NCBI GenBank assembly: GCA_040217195.1
Contig: JAVJNR010000003.1
Coordinates: forward strand, 512,001 to 576,000
Direction: 5' to 3'
Length of the DNA stretch: 64,000 bases
DNA from: Leptospiraceae bacterium
GTDB lineage: Bacteria; Spirochaetota; Leptospiria; Leptospirales; Leptonemataceae
In this document: in pieces, positions 30,226 through 39,047 of the stretch
Layout: each line of letters opens with the position of its first letter
How positions within the stretch are numbered: position 1 is the stretch's first letter
Program-made: the position numbers and the translations under genes
Notes under the pieces: generated by a model
Database searches by the model: none
What the model saw: the letters and a program-made list of their open reading frames with translations, nothing else
Told to the model about the DNA's origin: nothing

Positions 30226-31569
30226 TTATGAATTGTTCGGCCACCGCGGATGCTGACGATCAATTACAAAATGATGGGAATGAACCAGGGCTGGATTCCC
30301 ATGGGAACCGGCTATTTCCCGGGATTCATGTCTATGCTCAAGTATGAATGCATCATACCCGGGCTTCCACAATAGGAAAATTAGAAGTAGTACAAAACCG
30401 GTGCTGCATGCTAGCAACAGGAACAGGCCTGCCATTCCCAGATAGGTCAATGCATATCCGGCCAGAGGATAGGCCAGTAGCCAGCCCAGATGCGAAAAGG
30501 CAAACTGTGCTGCATAATAGTCCTGACGGGTCTCTTGACTGGATGAATGCCTTACCAGCTGGCCAGCAGGAGTTTGAAGCATGGAACTCCCCAGGCCCAG
30601 AAGGACCCAGATAGCTGAAAGGCCTGCATAGCTTTCTACGCGAATGCCCAGGAGAAAACCGATCAGCAGGACCGAAGCTCCCATCAGCATTACCAGTCTT
30701 ACACTGATCTTTCGCAGCAATCCAGGAATGGATAAGGCGGCCACAATAGAGCCAGTCCCAAAGAATGCGAAAGCATAAGCAACCAGGGGTGCCTGCAAGT
30801 GCCACTTCTCCTGAACGATGACCACTGTATTTACGATGACCATGGCTCCAGCCAGCGAAGACAGCCAACCCAGAATCATGGAGTATTTCAGCCGAGGAGT
30901 ACGCAAGTATGCACCCATTCCAAACATAGTAGCTTCAACAATGGCCACCGGGGTTTGCTTGCGCCTATTGATATTAATCACCGGCAGTGAAACATAGGCA
31001 AGAAATAGAGCTGAAGCCAGAAACGTTAAGGCATCCACCCAGAACAATGTCTGAAAAGAAGAAATACCCAGAATCAATCCGCAGATCAAGGGACTTGCCA
31101 GATTCTCCAGATCATAGGCCAGCCGGGAAAGAGAAATGGCCCGATTATAATCATCGTCAACGGGTAAGAGATCTGCAATGGATGCCTGGAATACAGGTGT
31201 AAAGGCGGCAGCCATACAGTTAATAAGAAAAATCAGCAAATAAATCTGCCATACGGAATCTACCAGCAATAAGACCAGAATCAGTCCTGCCCGAACCAAA
31301 TCCAGGAGTATCAGCAGTGATCGCCGATTGAATCCTGCAAATAGAACAGAGAAAAATGGAGCCAGAAATACATAGACCACCATCTTGATCGCAAGGGCTG
31401 TTCCCAGGACCTGTCCTGCACTTTCGCCAGCGAGACGAGCAGCAAGTAATCCCAGAGCAATGGTAGACATACCGGTGCCCAAAAGCGAAATCAACTGCGC
31501 CGAAAACATCAGCCGGTAGTTTCTATTCGCTGGAATAAAGTTCCTGAGGCTGTCGATCAACGATATCAA
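30226..31569 (-). CDS. MFS transporter, NreB-like with His-rich C-terminus
   Basis: LSRLAYDLENLASP, AAQFAFSHLGWLLAYPLAG and the C-terminal HRH...HSHHFVIDRQHPRWP. Confidence 0.8.
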   Translation of the reverse strand: MISLIDSLRNFIPANRNYRLMFSAQLISLLGTGMSTIALGLLAARLAGESAGQVLGTALAIKMVVYVFLAPFFSVLFAGFNRRSLLILLDLVRAGLILVLLLVDSVWQIYLLIFLINCMAAAFTPVFQASIADLLPVDDDYNRAISLSRLAYDLENLASPLICGLILGISSFQTLFWVDALTFLASALFLAYVSLPVININRRKQTPVAIVEATMFGMGAYLRTPRLKYSMILGWLSSLAGAMVIVNTVVIVQEKWHLQAPLVAYAFAFFGTGSIVAALSIPGLLRKISVRLVMLMGASVLLIGFLLGIRVESYAGLSAIWVLLGLGSSMLQTPAGQLVRHSSSQETRQDYYAAQFAFSHLGWLLAYPLAGYALTYLGMAGLFLLLACSTGFVLLLIFLLWKPGYDAFILEHRHESREIAGSHGNPALVHSHHFVIDRQHPRWPNNS

Positions 31570-31602
31570 ATGTTTGCTCCAGTGGGCCTCGAAAGGTATC
31601 TC

Positions 31603-32280
31603 TCAGGAAATACTTTTTCGTGCAATCAAGTAGGATAATTGTCGATCCACACTACCTTTTGACTCCAATTCGAATCCGTTCTGGTGCATTTGCAAAGCAA
31701 GTGTTTCCATAGAATCCTGATAACGCTTATGGCCTCCATGAAGTAAGATCAGTGAGTCCTTTAGCTTCTCAAGGATGGATCCGGACCGGGATTGAATATC
31801 TACAATGAGAACCCTGCCATCCCTCCGTAATACCCGGTGCATTTGCTGCAGGGAAGCAGGCACCAGGGGCTCCGGGAGGTGATGGATCATCAATGTGGAA
31901 AACAGCAAATCAAAACTGGAGTCTTCCAGAGGAAGGTCCTCTGCCGGGGCCTGTTTGAATTCCACGCCAGCCTTACGTTCCGCCGACTTTTTCCTTGCTC
32001 GCTCAATCATTTTCGCCGATGCATCCACGCCGACGAGACTAACCGTTCCTGGAAACTTCTTTCGTGCCAGCAGTAATAATTCTCCGGTACCACATCCAAT
32101 ATCCAGTACATCGTTTACAGTCAGTGAATCGGGCAATAAATCCAGTATACTCTCCTGAAGTCTATTTCCATTGCCCGGATACAGAAGCGAGGCCAGCCAG
32201 TCATATAGGCGCGGCCAGGAAATAGTACGCCCCTCGGTTATTCTCTTTTCCGAAACAATTTCAGGACTTTTAACTACCAT
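31603..32280 (-). CDS. Class I SAM-dependent methyltransferase (UbiE-like)
   Basis: VLDIGCGTG, GVDAS..M, AEDLP..D.SFD and L.IHHL. Confidence 0.88.
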   Translation of the reverse strand: MVVKSPEIVSEKRITEGRTISWPRLYDWLASLLYPGNGNRLQESILDLLPDSLTVNDVLDIGCGTGELLLLARKKFPGTVSLVGVDASAKMIERARKKSAERKAGVEFKQAPAEDLPLEDSSFDLLFSTLMIHHLPEPLVPASLQQMHRVLRRDGRVLIVDIQSRSGSILEKLKDSLILLHGGHKRYQDSMETLALQMHQNGFELESKGSVDRQLSYLIARKSIS

Positions 32281-32456
32281 TTTCTTCTCCTCAGACTATG
32301 CCCTGCCGTTCGCTGCGCCGCTTGACACTTTTCTCACAGATGAGCACCATGTTCATTAGCTTATAATACTTTCAGCCCCGTTGCAACATACATTCTAATG
32401 GCAATGTCCGAAAGTGAACATAATGGATTGGAAGTTCAACTTTCTGGGAGCATGCG

Positions 32457-33020
32457 ATGAAACCCGAAGATACGATACCGGAAGATCGACGAATTAAAAA
32501 GACCTACCAGGCTCTTTCAGCCAGCTTAAGACATCTAATCGAAATAAAGGGTTATGATACTATTACTGTTCAGGAAATTCTGAAGCATGCGAATGTTGGT
32601 AGGGCCACCTTCTATAATCATTTTCGCAGCAAAGATGATCTTCTGATGCAAGAAATGCATACTCTGGTGCATAGCTTGATGGATCCTCTGGAGAAGAATC
32701 AGGGAGCCGCCTTTCTAGATGTAGTACTTCTCTTTGTGGAAGCAGAGAAGAATGCACCACTATTTAAAGAGATACTGGGAAACCGGGGCATTCCGGCCAT
32801 CGCTAACGAAATTAGAGCCCATCTGGCTGTTCACATTCAAGAGCATCTCGAAATGCACTATTCCCTGGATTCAAAAGAGGTTCTGGTAGCCGCACAGTTT
32901 CATGCTGGCGCCATTCTTCATTGCCTTAGCTGGTGGCTGGAAAACAACCGTCCTCGTTCCGCTCAGGAAATGGGAGACTTCCTTTCCAGACTGAGCATTG
33001 GCGGCCTCCAGGGTTCCTGA
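32457..33020 (+). CDS. TetR/AcrR-family regulator
   Basis: DRRIKKT and ITVQEI...ANVGRATFYNHF.SKDDL; divergent from the methyltransferase. Confidence 0.92.
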   Translation: MKPEDTIPEDRRIKKTYQALSASLRHLIEIKGYDTITVQEILKHANVGRATFYNHFRSKDDLLMQEMHTLVHSLMDPLEKNQGAAFLDVVLLFVEAEKNAPLFKEILGNRGIPAIANEIRAHLAVHIQEHLEMHYSLDSKEVLVAAQFHAGAILHCLSWWLENNRPRSAQEMGDFLSRLSIGGLQGS

Positions 33021-33182
33021 TAGGGCAGTCTTTTTGCCAGCCGTTATGACACGGAGCTTCAGGCGCTCCTGGCATGACGGCATGCAGGATGGTGCAACTG
33101 ATTCAGGGACTTTCTCGATCACAGAACATAGCCCGAGCCAATAGTCTCCCGGAAACAGTCCGGGTGCTCTAACCATATCCAA

Positions 33183-33803
33183 TCATTCATCGGCCGAACA
33201 AACCGGCTGTCGCAGAATTATCTTCCTCTTACCGGGCTCTGTGCGGGATGGATCGTTCAAATAGATTTCATGGTATGGGCCATTCACCGCTAGATTGTAA
33301 CCAGGCATATGCTCATTGTAGAGTTCCTTGCACAGTCCCGCAATCTGCGAATAGTCACCTACGTTTAATCTTTGAACGCTGCTGCCTTCATTTAGTACAG
33401 TAAGCGCGGGTCGATTTCCCAGCATTTCTCCCCATTTCGACTCTAACTCCTGCAATGCCTGAGAAAACCGGTCATCAGTGATCCAGTCCACCAGAACAAT
33501 CATCACCTTCCACTTCCATTGCTCCCGTCGGTTTTCTTTAAAGTCCATCGGATCGTCTGCCCAGAATATACATTCCAGAGGTGGCTCCACAAAGTTCTTG
33601 CCCATCTTTTCGCGAACCTCTGGTTTTATTAGATGCGCAATGGCATATAACCACTTCGCTGATTTCTGGAGTTCAGATTGTTCAGGGTCTCCCTTTCCTT
33701 CAATTGTCATATAGCGTATTTCCGGTACATCCACTTGAACAAAGCGATCCATCGGCGGCTTATAGAGCTCATTCAATCTATTGTGAAATTCTTCTACATT
33801 CAT
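33183..33803 (-). CDS. GyrI-like small-molecule-binding protein
   Basis: LYKP, G.GDP, PPLE..FW, W.WK.MI and YHEIYLNDP.R...K.ILRQPV. Confidence 0.85.
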   Translation of the reverse strand: MNVEEFHNRLNELYKPPMDRFVQVDVPEIRYMTIEGKGDPEQSELQKSAKWLYAIAHLIKPEVREKMGKNFVEPPLECIFWADDPMDFKENRREQWKWKVMIVLVDWITDDRFSQALQELESKWGEMLGNRPALTVLNEGSSVQRLNVGDYSQIAGLCKELYNEHMPGYNLAVNGPYHEIYLNDPSRTEPGKRKIILRQPVCSADE

Positions 33804-33884
33804 TCCAATTCTCCATTAACTGATTTCTAGATTTAGCAATATTTACTTATCAACTGACCATCACCCAGGATCAGAGGCTTAACT

Positions 33885-34499
33885 TCAGCTCCAGGGCCTG
33901 GTTTTCATGTATTCAGCGGTAGACTTCACCCATTCGTACTCCGATTTCAGCTGCCTTAATGCGAAATCAAACATAGCGTTCTCATAGTCCGGTAATGGTT
34001 GCTGATCCAGCTGTAGCCGTTCCAGGCGCTCTCTTTCATCCCTTAATGCCAGAAGCCGATCCTGTAATGCATCCAATGCCTCCTCCTTCGAAAGATAGGA
34101 CCAGTGCTTCAGTGCCTTTGTAAGCGATGAATGGTTGGGAGAAAGAGACCTTAAAGAGTGCAAAGTCTGCTTTTTTAAGACCTGGAGCCCTTTCGGTAAA
34201 ACCTGGAATACCTTGCGATCTTTAGAGTTCTTTACGGGTCTCTTCCCGGAGCCAGGGGAAGCTTTTCTGGTGGCCCTCGGGCCTGCATCTTCACCTCCCC
34301 TGCTCTTCTGCACTTTTATAAGGGCTCTATTTTCTAGCTTCCCCAGCAAATAGTATATGGACGAGAATCCTATGGGAGTCCATTCGCGCATCATGCGCTG
34401 CTCTATGATTTGCTCCAATTCGTAGCCATGCCGGGGCATTTCAGCTACCAGGCCCAGAACCATTAGCTCTGTATCGCTGATTTCAGGAAGTATATCCAT
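33885..34499 (-). CDS. PadR-family regulator
   Basis: LGLVAEMPRHGYEL and SSIYYLLGKLE; a basic low-complexity insert in the wing region. Confidence 0.88.
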   Translation of the reverse strand: MDILPEISDTELMVLGLVAEMPRHGYELEQIIEQRMMREWTPIGFSSIYYLLGKLENRALIKVQKSRGGEDAGPRATRKASPGSGKRPVKNSKDRKVFQVLPKGLQVLKKQTLHSLRSLSPNHSSLTKALKHWSYLSKEEALDALQDRLLALRDERERLERLQLDQQPLPDYENAMFDFALRQLKSEYEWVKSTAEYMKTRPWS

Positions 34500-34641
34500 T
34501 AGTATCCAATCTCAATTCGAATCCTCTTGCCTGGACGTTTTCCCTGGCTGCTTCTTCTTGCGGTTATGGATCGGAATCCTCCCCGAAATAATCTAATACT
34601 TGAATAAATGAGCCCGGAGCGATGAGAAACCAACCATACAT

Positions 34642-34715
34642 CTATCCTAGTGCTAGAATAGATTGATTCTGGCGATACATCCAGGCAACAACAATGTTAT
34701 TCTAGTGCTAGAATA
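34642..34715. promoter_or_regulatory. Two copies of a palindromic operator upstream of padR
   Basis: CTATCCTAG-TG-CTAGAATAG (34642-34661) and TATTCTAG-TG-CTAGAATA (34698-34715). Confidence 0.7.
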
Positions 34716-34927
34716 TTGCTGTTTTTTTCAATTCCTTAATCCCAACGCACTATGGAACCTTCCCGGAATCAGGGACGATGGATAAGCCGGAGAGTCTCTA
34801 GATGCCCCGGCTGGCCGGCGAATAACCAGAGTATGACTTCAACAGTGCATCTGGACAAATCATTGAAAGGCAACGATATTTGAATCCCCTTGACAGATAT
34901 AGCTAACTAACGGTCATTATACCTATT

Positions 34928-35638
34928 GTGCGACTATCTCTGCTGATCCTTGCACTGTTCTCGGTGTTTCATCTGGCCTGCTGGGCTCATCCGGCCTTCC
35001 AGACTCTAGAATCAGACGACGAAGACTCAGACCTGGTACTTGCCATTCTTCAGGCCAATGCAGCCAGCGCGGCGGACAGCGCACCTCTACTCCTCTTTCG
35101 TACTGCCATAAATTATCCGGCTAACATGCAAGGTGGCGGAGGTGGAGTAAACGAGGCAGATGCCATTTGTCAGGCAGAAGCTATGGACGCTGCCTTTCCA
35201 GGAACGTTCAAAGCACTTCTAGGAACCCAGACAACTGCTGCCATTCCTCGATTCGCCTGTATTAATGCAAACTGTGATCCTTCAGATCCGGACGACCATA
35301 CAAACTGGGTACTCGGAGCGAATCGCACCTATTTGCGTGCCGAGGATATGGCATTGATCGGTACCACCACATCCCAGCGCATATTTTCATTTCCTCTAAC
35401 CAATCCATTTACTTCGCTGCCACCGTCCAAATGGCATTGGGGCGGTATCCATTCCACCTGGCAAACTCTGGGCCCTGCTCCCGGAGTCGGTGGATCGCAG
35501 AATGATGCAAATGGCTGGACCGAGCAGAGCAACGGCTGGATTGCCTACTCCCACTCGACTTCTACCCAGGCACTTTACACAGGCACCATTGCAGGCTACA
35601 ACAATTCGAATATGCATTTGATATGCGTCCAGCAGTGA
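34928..35638 (+). CDS. DUF1554 (leptospiral endostatin-like, Len-type) lipoprotein
   Basis: Lipobox FHLAC; GGV.EADAIC, FKALL, R.AC..ANC, WVL..N.TY.R, IGTT, IF.FPL.N and terminal LICVQQ. Confidence 0.8.
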   Translation: MRLSLLILALFSVFHLACWAHPAFQTLESDDEDSDLVLAILQANAASAADSAPLLLFRTAINYPANMQGGGGGVNEADAICQAEAMDAAFPGTFKALLGTQTTAAIPRFACINANCDPSDPDDHTNWVLGANRTYLRAEDMALIGTTTSQRIFSFPLTNPFTSLPPSKWHWGGIHSTWQTLGPAPGVGGSQNDANGWTEQSNGWIAYSHSTSTQALYTGTIAGYNNSNMHLICVQQ

Positions 35639-35704
35639 AAGACCTCGAAACCAGCAGAAATAAGAAGCGTTGACAACCGAGCCCCGGACAAGGCTGTGCT
35701 AGTC

Positions 35705-36322
35705 ATGTCCCAGGAAATTCAATTTAGACCAGCCAATTCTCAGGATGCGAAAACCATCGCCCCGCTAGTCTACAGTTCCGGTCCGTCTGCATTCGATTAC
35801 ATTTTTTCACACAACACCAGTTTGAGTGCACTCCAATTCCTGGAGAAGACTCTGCAACGTCCCGGCGGTGAGTTTGGGTTCAGGAATCACCGGGTTGCTG
35901 AATTAGATAATGAGGTTGTAGGTGTGGCCACATCATTCACCGGTAAAGACTCCCTTTCCTTTATGCTCGTAGCCATAGGGCAGATTCTAAGACATTACGG
36001 CCCAGGGGCTCCCGGTGTCATGCGAAGAGGTCTTCAAGTGGAATCCATGATAGTTCCACCTGACAGGGAAGAGTTTTGCATCGCGCACGTAGGCGTATCG
36101 CCGCTTCATCGAAACAAGGGAATTGGCAGAATATTGATGCAGCATATGATCAAAAAAGGTAAAAACTCTCGATGTTCCCGAATCATTCTAGACGTATCCG
36201 CAGAAAATCCAGCAGCCCTGAGCCTCTACGAATCTCTGGGTTTTCATGTCAAAGAAAAGAGAGCATCCAGATTTTCGAACTCGACTGCAACATTGTCCGA
36301 CCACCTGAGAATGGAACTTTAG
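35705..36322 (+). CDS. GNAT-family N-acetyltransferase
   Basis: VSP.HRNKGIG motif A and N.AALSLYESLGF. Confidence 0.9.
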   Translation: MSQEIQFRPANSQDAKTIAPLVYSSGPSAFDYIFSHNTSLSALQFLEKTLQRPGGEFGFRNHRVAELDNEVVGVATSFTGKDSLSFMLVAIGQILRHYGPGAPGVMRRGLQVESMIVPPDREEFCIAHVGVSPLHRNKGIGRILMQHMIKKGKNSRCSRIILDVSAENPAALSLYESLGFHVKEKRASRFSNSTATLSDHLRMEL

Positions 36323-36435
36323 GATTCTTTAAATCATTGATGAATGAGCCTGCCTGAGATTGCTTTTGACTTGCAAGGCCGGGAATCATTCATAGTTTAA
36401 CCTTAAATTTTTATAAACTATCCGAAGAGGAACCA

Positions 36436-38868
36436 ATGCCTGCAAAGAAACTATCTGTTGAAAGCCTGGAGAAACAGTGGAACGTAACGCTTCCCGAAAG
36501 ACTGAAGGAGTTTTTTTCTTCAGGAGAATGGAAAGAATACGAGGGAAAAAGTGCCAGCAATCTCTATGGTTTTTCCAGCGATGTAAAGGCTCAGATTTCT
36601 TTTTCCGATCGCAGCGAACTCAAAGACAAGTATGAATATAGCGAGGAGATGCTGGTTCGTAAGAGTTTCTGGCCCCTGTGCGATATTGTTAATCTCGATG
36701 GTTCCTTCTATATGGCAGTAGATCTGAATCAAAAGAAGCTGCCGGTTCTATTTTTTGACTACGAAAGCGGCTTCCAGAATCACTCCAAATCCCTGGAAGA
36801 GTTTCTGGGTAGTCTTCTGGCAGCGGATGAAAAAACCAAAGCAGAGCTAGTAAAGGAACTTCATGCAAATGCCAGAAAGCTCTATGATGCAGATAAATAC
36901 AGCGAATGCATTCAGATAATCGAAAAAGGACTTTCGGAACTGGGAGAAATGTCCTTTGATATCCTCGATCACTTCAAAGATCTCCCCTCCGCATTGTTAA
37001 ACTTAAAGGCGCTATGCTTCAAGAATCTGAAAGATTACGAGAAGGCCATCCCAATTTTTGAGCAGGCGGCCGCCGATGGGCAGAAGCATGCAGCTTTGAA
37101 CCTGATGGGCATCTATCTGGAACAGATGGATTACAAAAAACTGGTCGAGTATGCAGATTACATAGTTCCCAAACTACTGATGCTCTGGGACGATTACTGC
37201 GCTTATTTTTCCTTCCTGTATCGAGGACTGGCCTATTCTCACCTGGATAATCGAAAGGAAGCCACCAAATACTTTGGTTTCATAGCCACCCGGTATATTG
37301 ACAACTCTGAACGGATGGAGCAGGCAATACGAAGACTTAAAGAGGAGAAAGAAGATAGCAAGAATACGGAAATCTTTGAGCTAATCCTGTCCTGGATGGA
37401 TCGGGAGGTACCGGAGCCATCGCCGGAAAGATCTAGAGAACTTCTCGATTGGTGGAAAGCCCTTTCTACAGAACTAAAAGAGGGTCTGTCCGAACTAATA
37501 GACAAGAATGCCAAAAAGGTAACAGCTCTGGACCTGGAACTAATGCTTCGCCGGACGGAGCTGGATCTCAGCATTTCGGAAGCCGGGGATCTAAGCTGGA
37601 TAAAACCTTTTCAAAGACTTCGCACTCTGTCGTTGGAGAATTGCAATATCAGCGATCTATCACCGCTGAACAGTCCCTGGCTCAAGAAGTTGAAACTCGG
37701 CGGCAATCCACTGAAGAATCTTGCGACTATCGCCCAGTTCAAGCACATGGAGGACCTGGATCTTTCTGATACAGGAATTTCTGATCTCAGCCCTCTCTCG
37801 GCGCTCACAAATCTTCGAGAGCTGAAACTCGATGATAATAAGATACAATCTGTGGCCCCCCTGGCCAGCCTGAAGGAGCTGAAAGAGCTGGACATCTATG
37901 ATAATCGCATTACAGACCTTAATCCACTGAAAGATAATCTAATGCTTAAAGAGATTTCCTGCTTTTCGAATCCGCTGGAAGAAATCGGCTTCTCCAGCGT
38001 AGAAGACCTGCGTCACCTTCCATTACTTAAAGAAATTGAGCCCCACTGGGATGAAGATCCGTCGCAGAAGGATATGGAAAAATGGCATGAAGCGAGACCC
38101 TGGGAACTACCGTTAAGCGATGGTGAATATCAGGACTGGTGGCAATGGTGGACTTCCCTTTCGCCGGAGTGGAAGCAGGCCCTGGAGGGCGAAATTGATG
38201 AAATGGACGGCGAAGTACCTACAGCAGAAAGCTTTCAGGAATTAAGATCGGAAGGCCATTTCTCCCTTTCCAGGAAGGACCTGAAAGATCTGGAGCCCCT
38301 CAAGAGGCTCATACGAGCAGACTGGGTATCCGTTCGTAAGAACGGCATTGAGGTAATTCCAGACCTTTCCTCTCTAGGATGCTTACGAAGCCTGAGCCTG
38401 GAAGAAAATAGCATCAAGGATCTGGCCCCATTGCAGAAGATTCCTTATCTGGCCTACGTAGACCTCTCCAACAATGCTCTGGAAGGGGAACTGGATCTGC
38501 CGGCCCTGGCCTATCTACGAAATCTGGATCTAAATCATAATAAGTTAACAGGTATTAAATGCATTTCAGCCCAGCAAGGCCTGCGAAGACTGGAATTGAT
38601 CGACAATGAAATCGAGGATGTTAGCCCTATTGCGGAATTAACGGAACTGCGTGAGCTATTTATTCAACAAAATAAAATAACGGATATATCGGCCCTGGCT
38701 AAATGCGATAACCTTGAAGAGCTGGTAGTATTTGGAAATCCAGATATGACGGGGCTGCTGGCTCTTAAGGACCTACCCTATCTGTATAAGGTTCGCGCTC
38801 ATGGTGCTTTTTCGCAGGAAGAGGCAGATGAATTCAGACAGATGAGACCGGATGTAGATCTACTCTGA
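36436..38868 (+). CDS. SMI1/KNR4 (SUKH)-TPR-leucine-rich-repeat protein
   Basis: N-terminal LEK..NVTLPE.LKEF...PV.FFDYE...SLEEFL; TPR-like helices; two blocks of LxxLxLxxNxIxDLxPL repeats, each capped by WW..LS.E(W/L)K. Confidence 0.8.
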   Translation: MPAKKLSVESLEKQWNVTLPERLKEFFSSGEWKEYEGKSASNLYGFSSDVKAQISFSDRSELKDKYEYSEEMLVRKSFWPLCDIVNLDGSFYMAVDLNQKKLPVLFFDYESGFQNHSKSLEEFLGSLLAADEKTKAELVKELHANARKLYDADKYSECIQIIEKGLSELGEMSFDILDHFKDLPSALLNLKALCFKNLKDYEKAIPIFEQAAADGQKHAALNLMGIYLEQMDYKKLVEYADYIVPKLLMLWDDYCAYFSFLYRGLAYSHLDNRKEATKYFGFIATRYIDNSERMEQAIRRLKEEKEDSKNTEIFELILSWMDREVPEPSPERSRELLDWWKALSTELKEGLSELIDKNAKKVTALDLELMLRRTELDLSISEAGDLSWIKPFQRLRTLSLENCNISDLSPLNSPWLKKLKLGGNPLKNLATIAQFKHMEDLDLSDTGISDLSPLSALTNLRELKLDDNKIQSVAPLASLKELKELDIYDNRITDLNPLKDNLMLKEISCFSNPLEEIGFSSVEDLRHLPLLKEIEPHWDEDPSQKDMEKWHEARPWELPLSDGEYQDWWQWWTSLSPEWKQALEGEIDEMDGEVPTAESFQELRSEGHFSLSRKDLKDLEPLKRLIRADWVSVRKNGIEVIPDLSSLGCLRSLSLEENSIKDLAPLQKIPYLAYVDLSNNALEGELDLPALAYLRNLDLNHNKLTGIKCISAQQGLRRLELIDNEIEDVSPIAELTELRELFIQQNKITDISALAKCDNLEELVVFGNPDMTGLLALKDLPYLYKVRAHGAFSQEEADEFRQMRPDVDLL

Positions 38869-39047
38869 TCCATGTTTCGAGCTCTCTTTTGGAAAACCAG
38901 AAAATCGCTCTAGTTTCCGGCTGCCCATGAGCCTGCTGCCATAGTTACCCCCCGGCAAAAGTGATTCTAATCCCGGTTCCCAGAAACTGGAGTGATTCGA
39001 ATTCTAGAGCGTCTGAATGAAATTGTCAGCCAAACCATCGAATGCCT

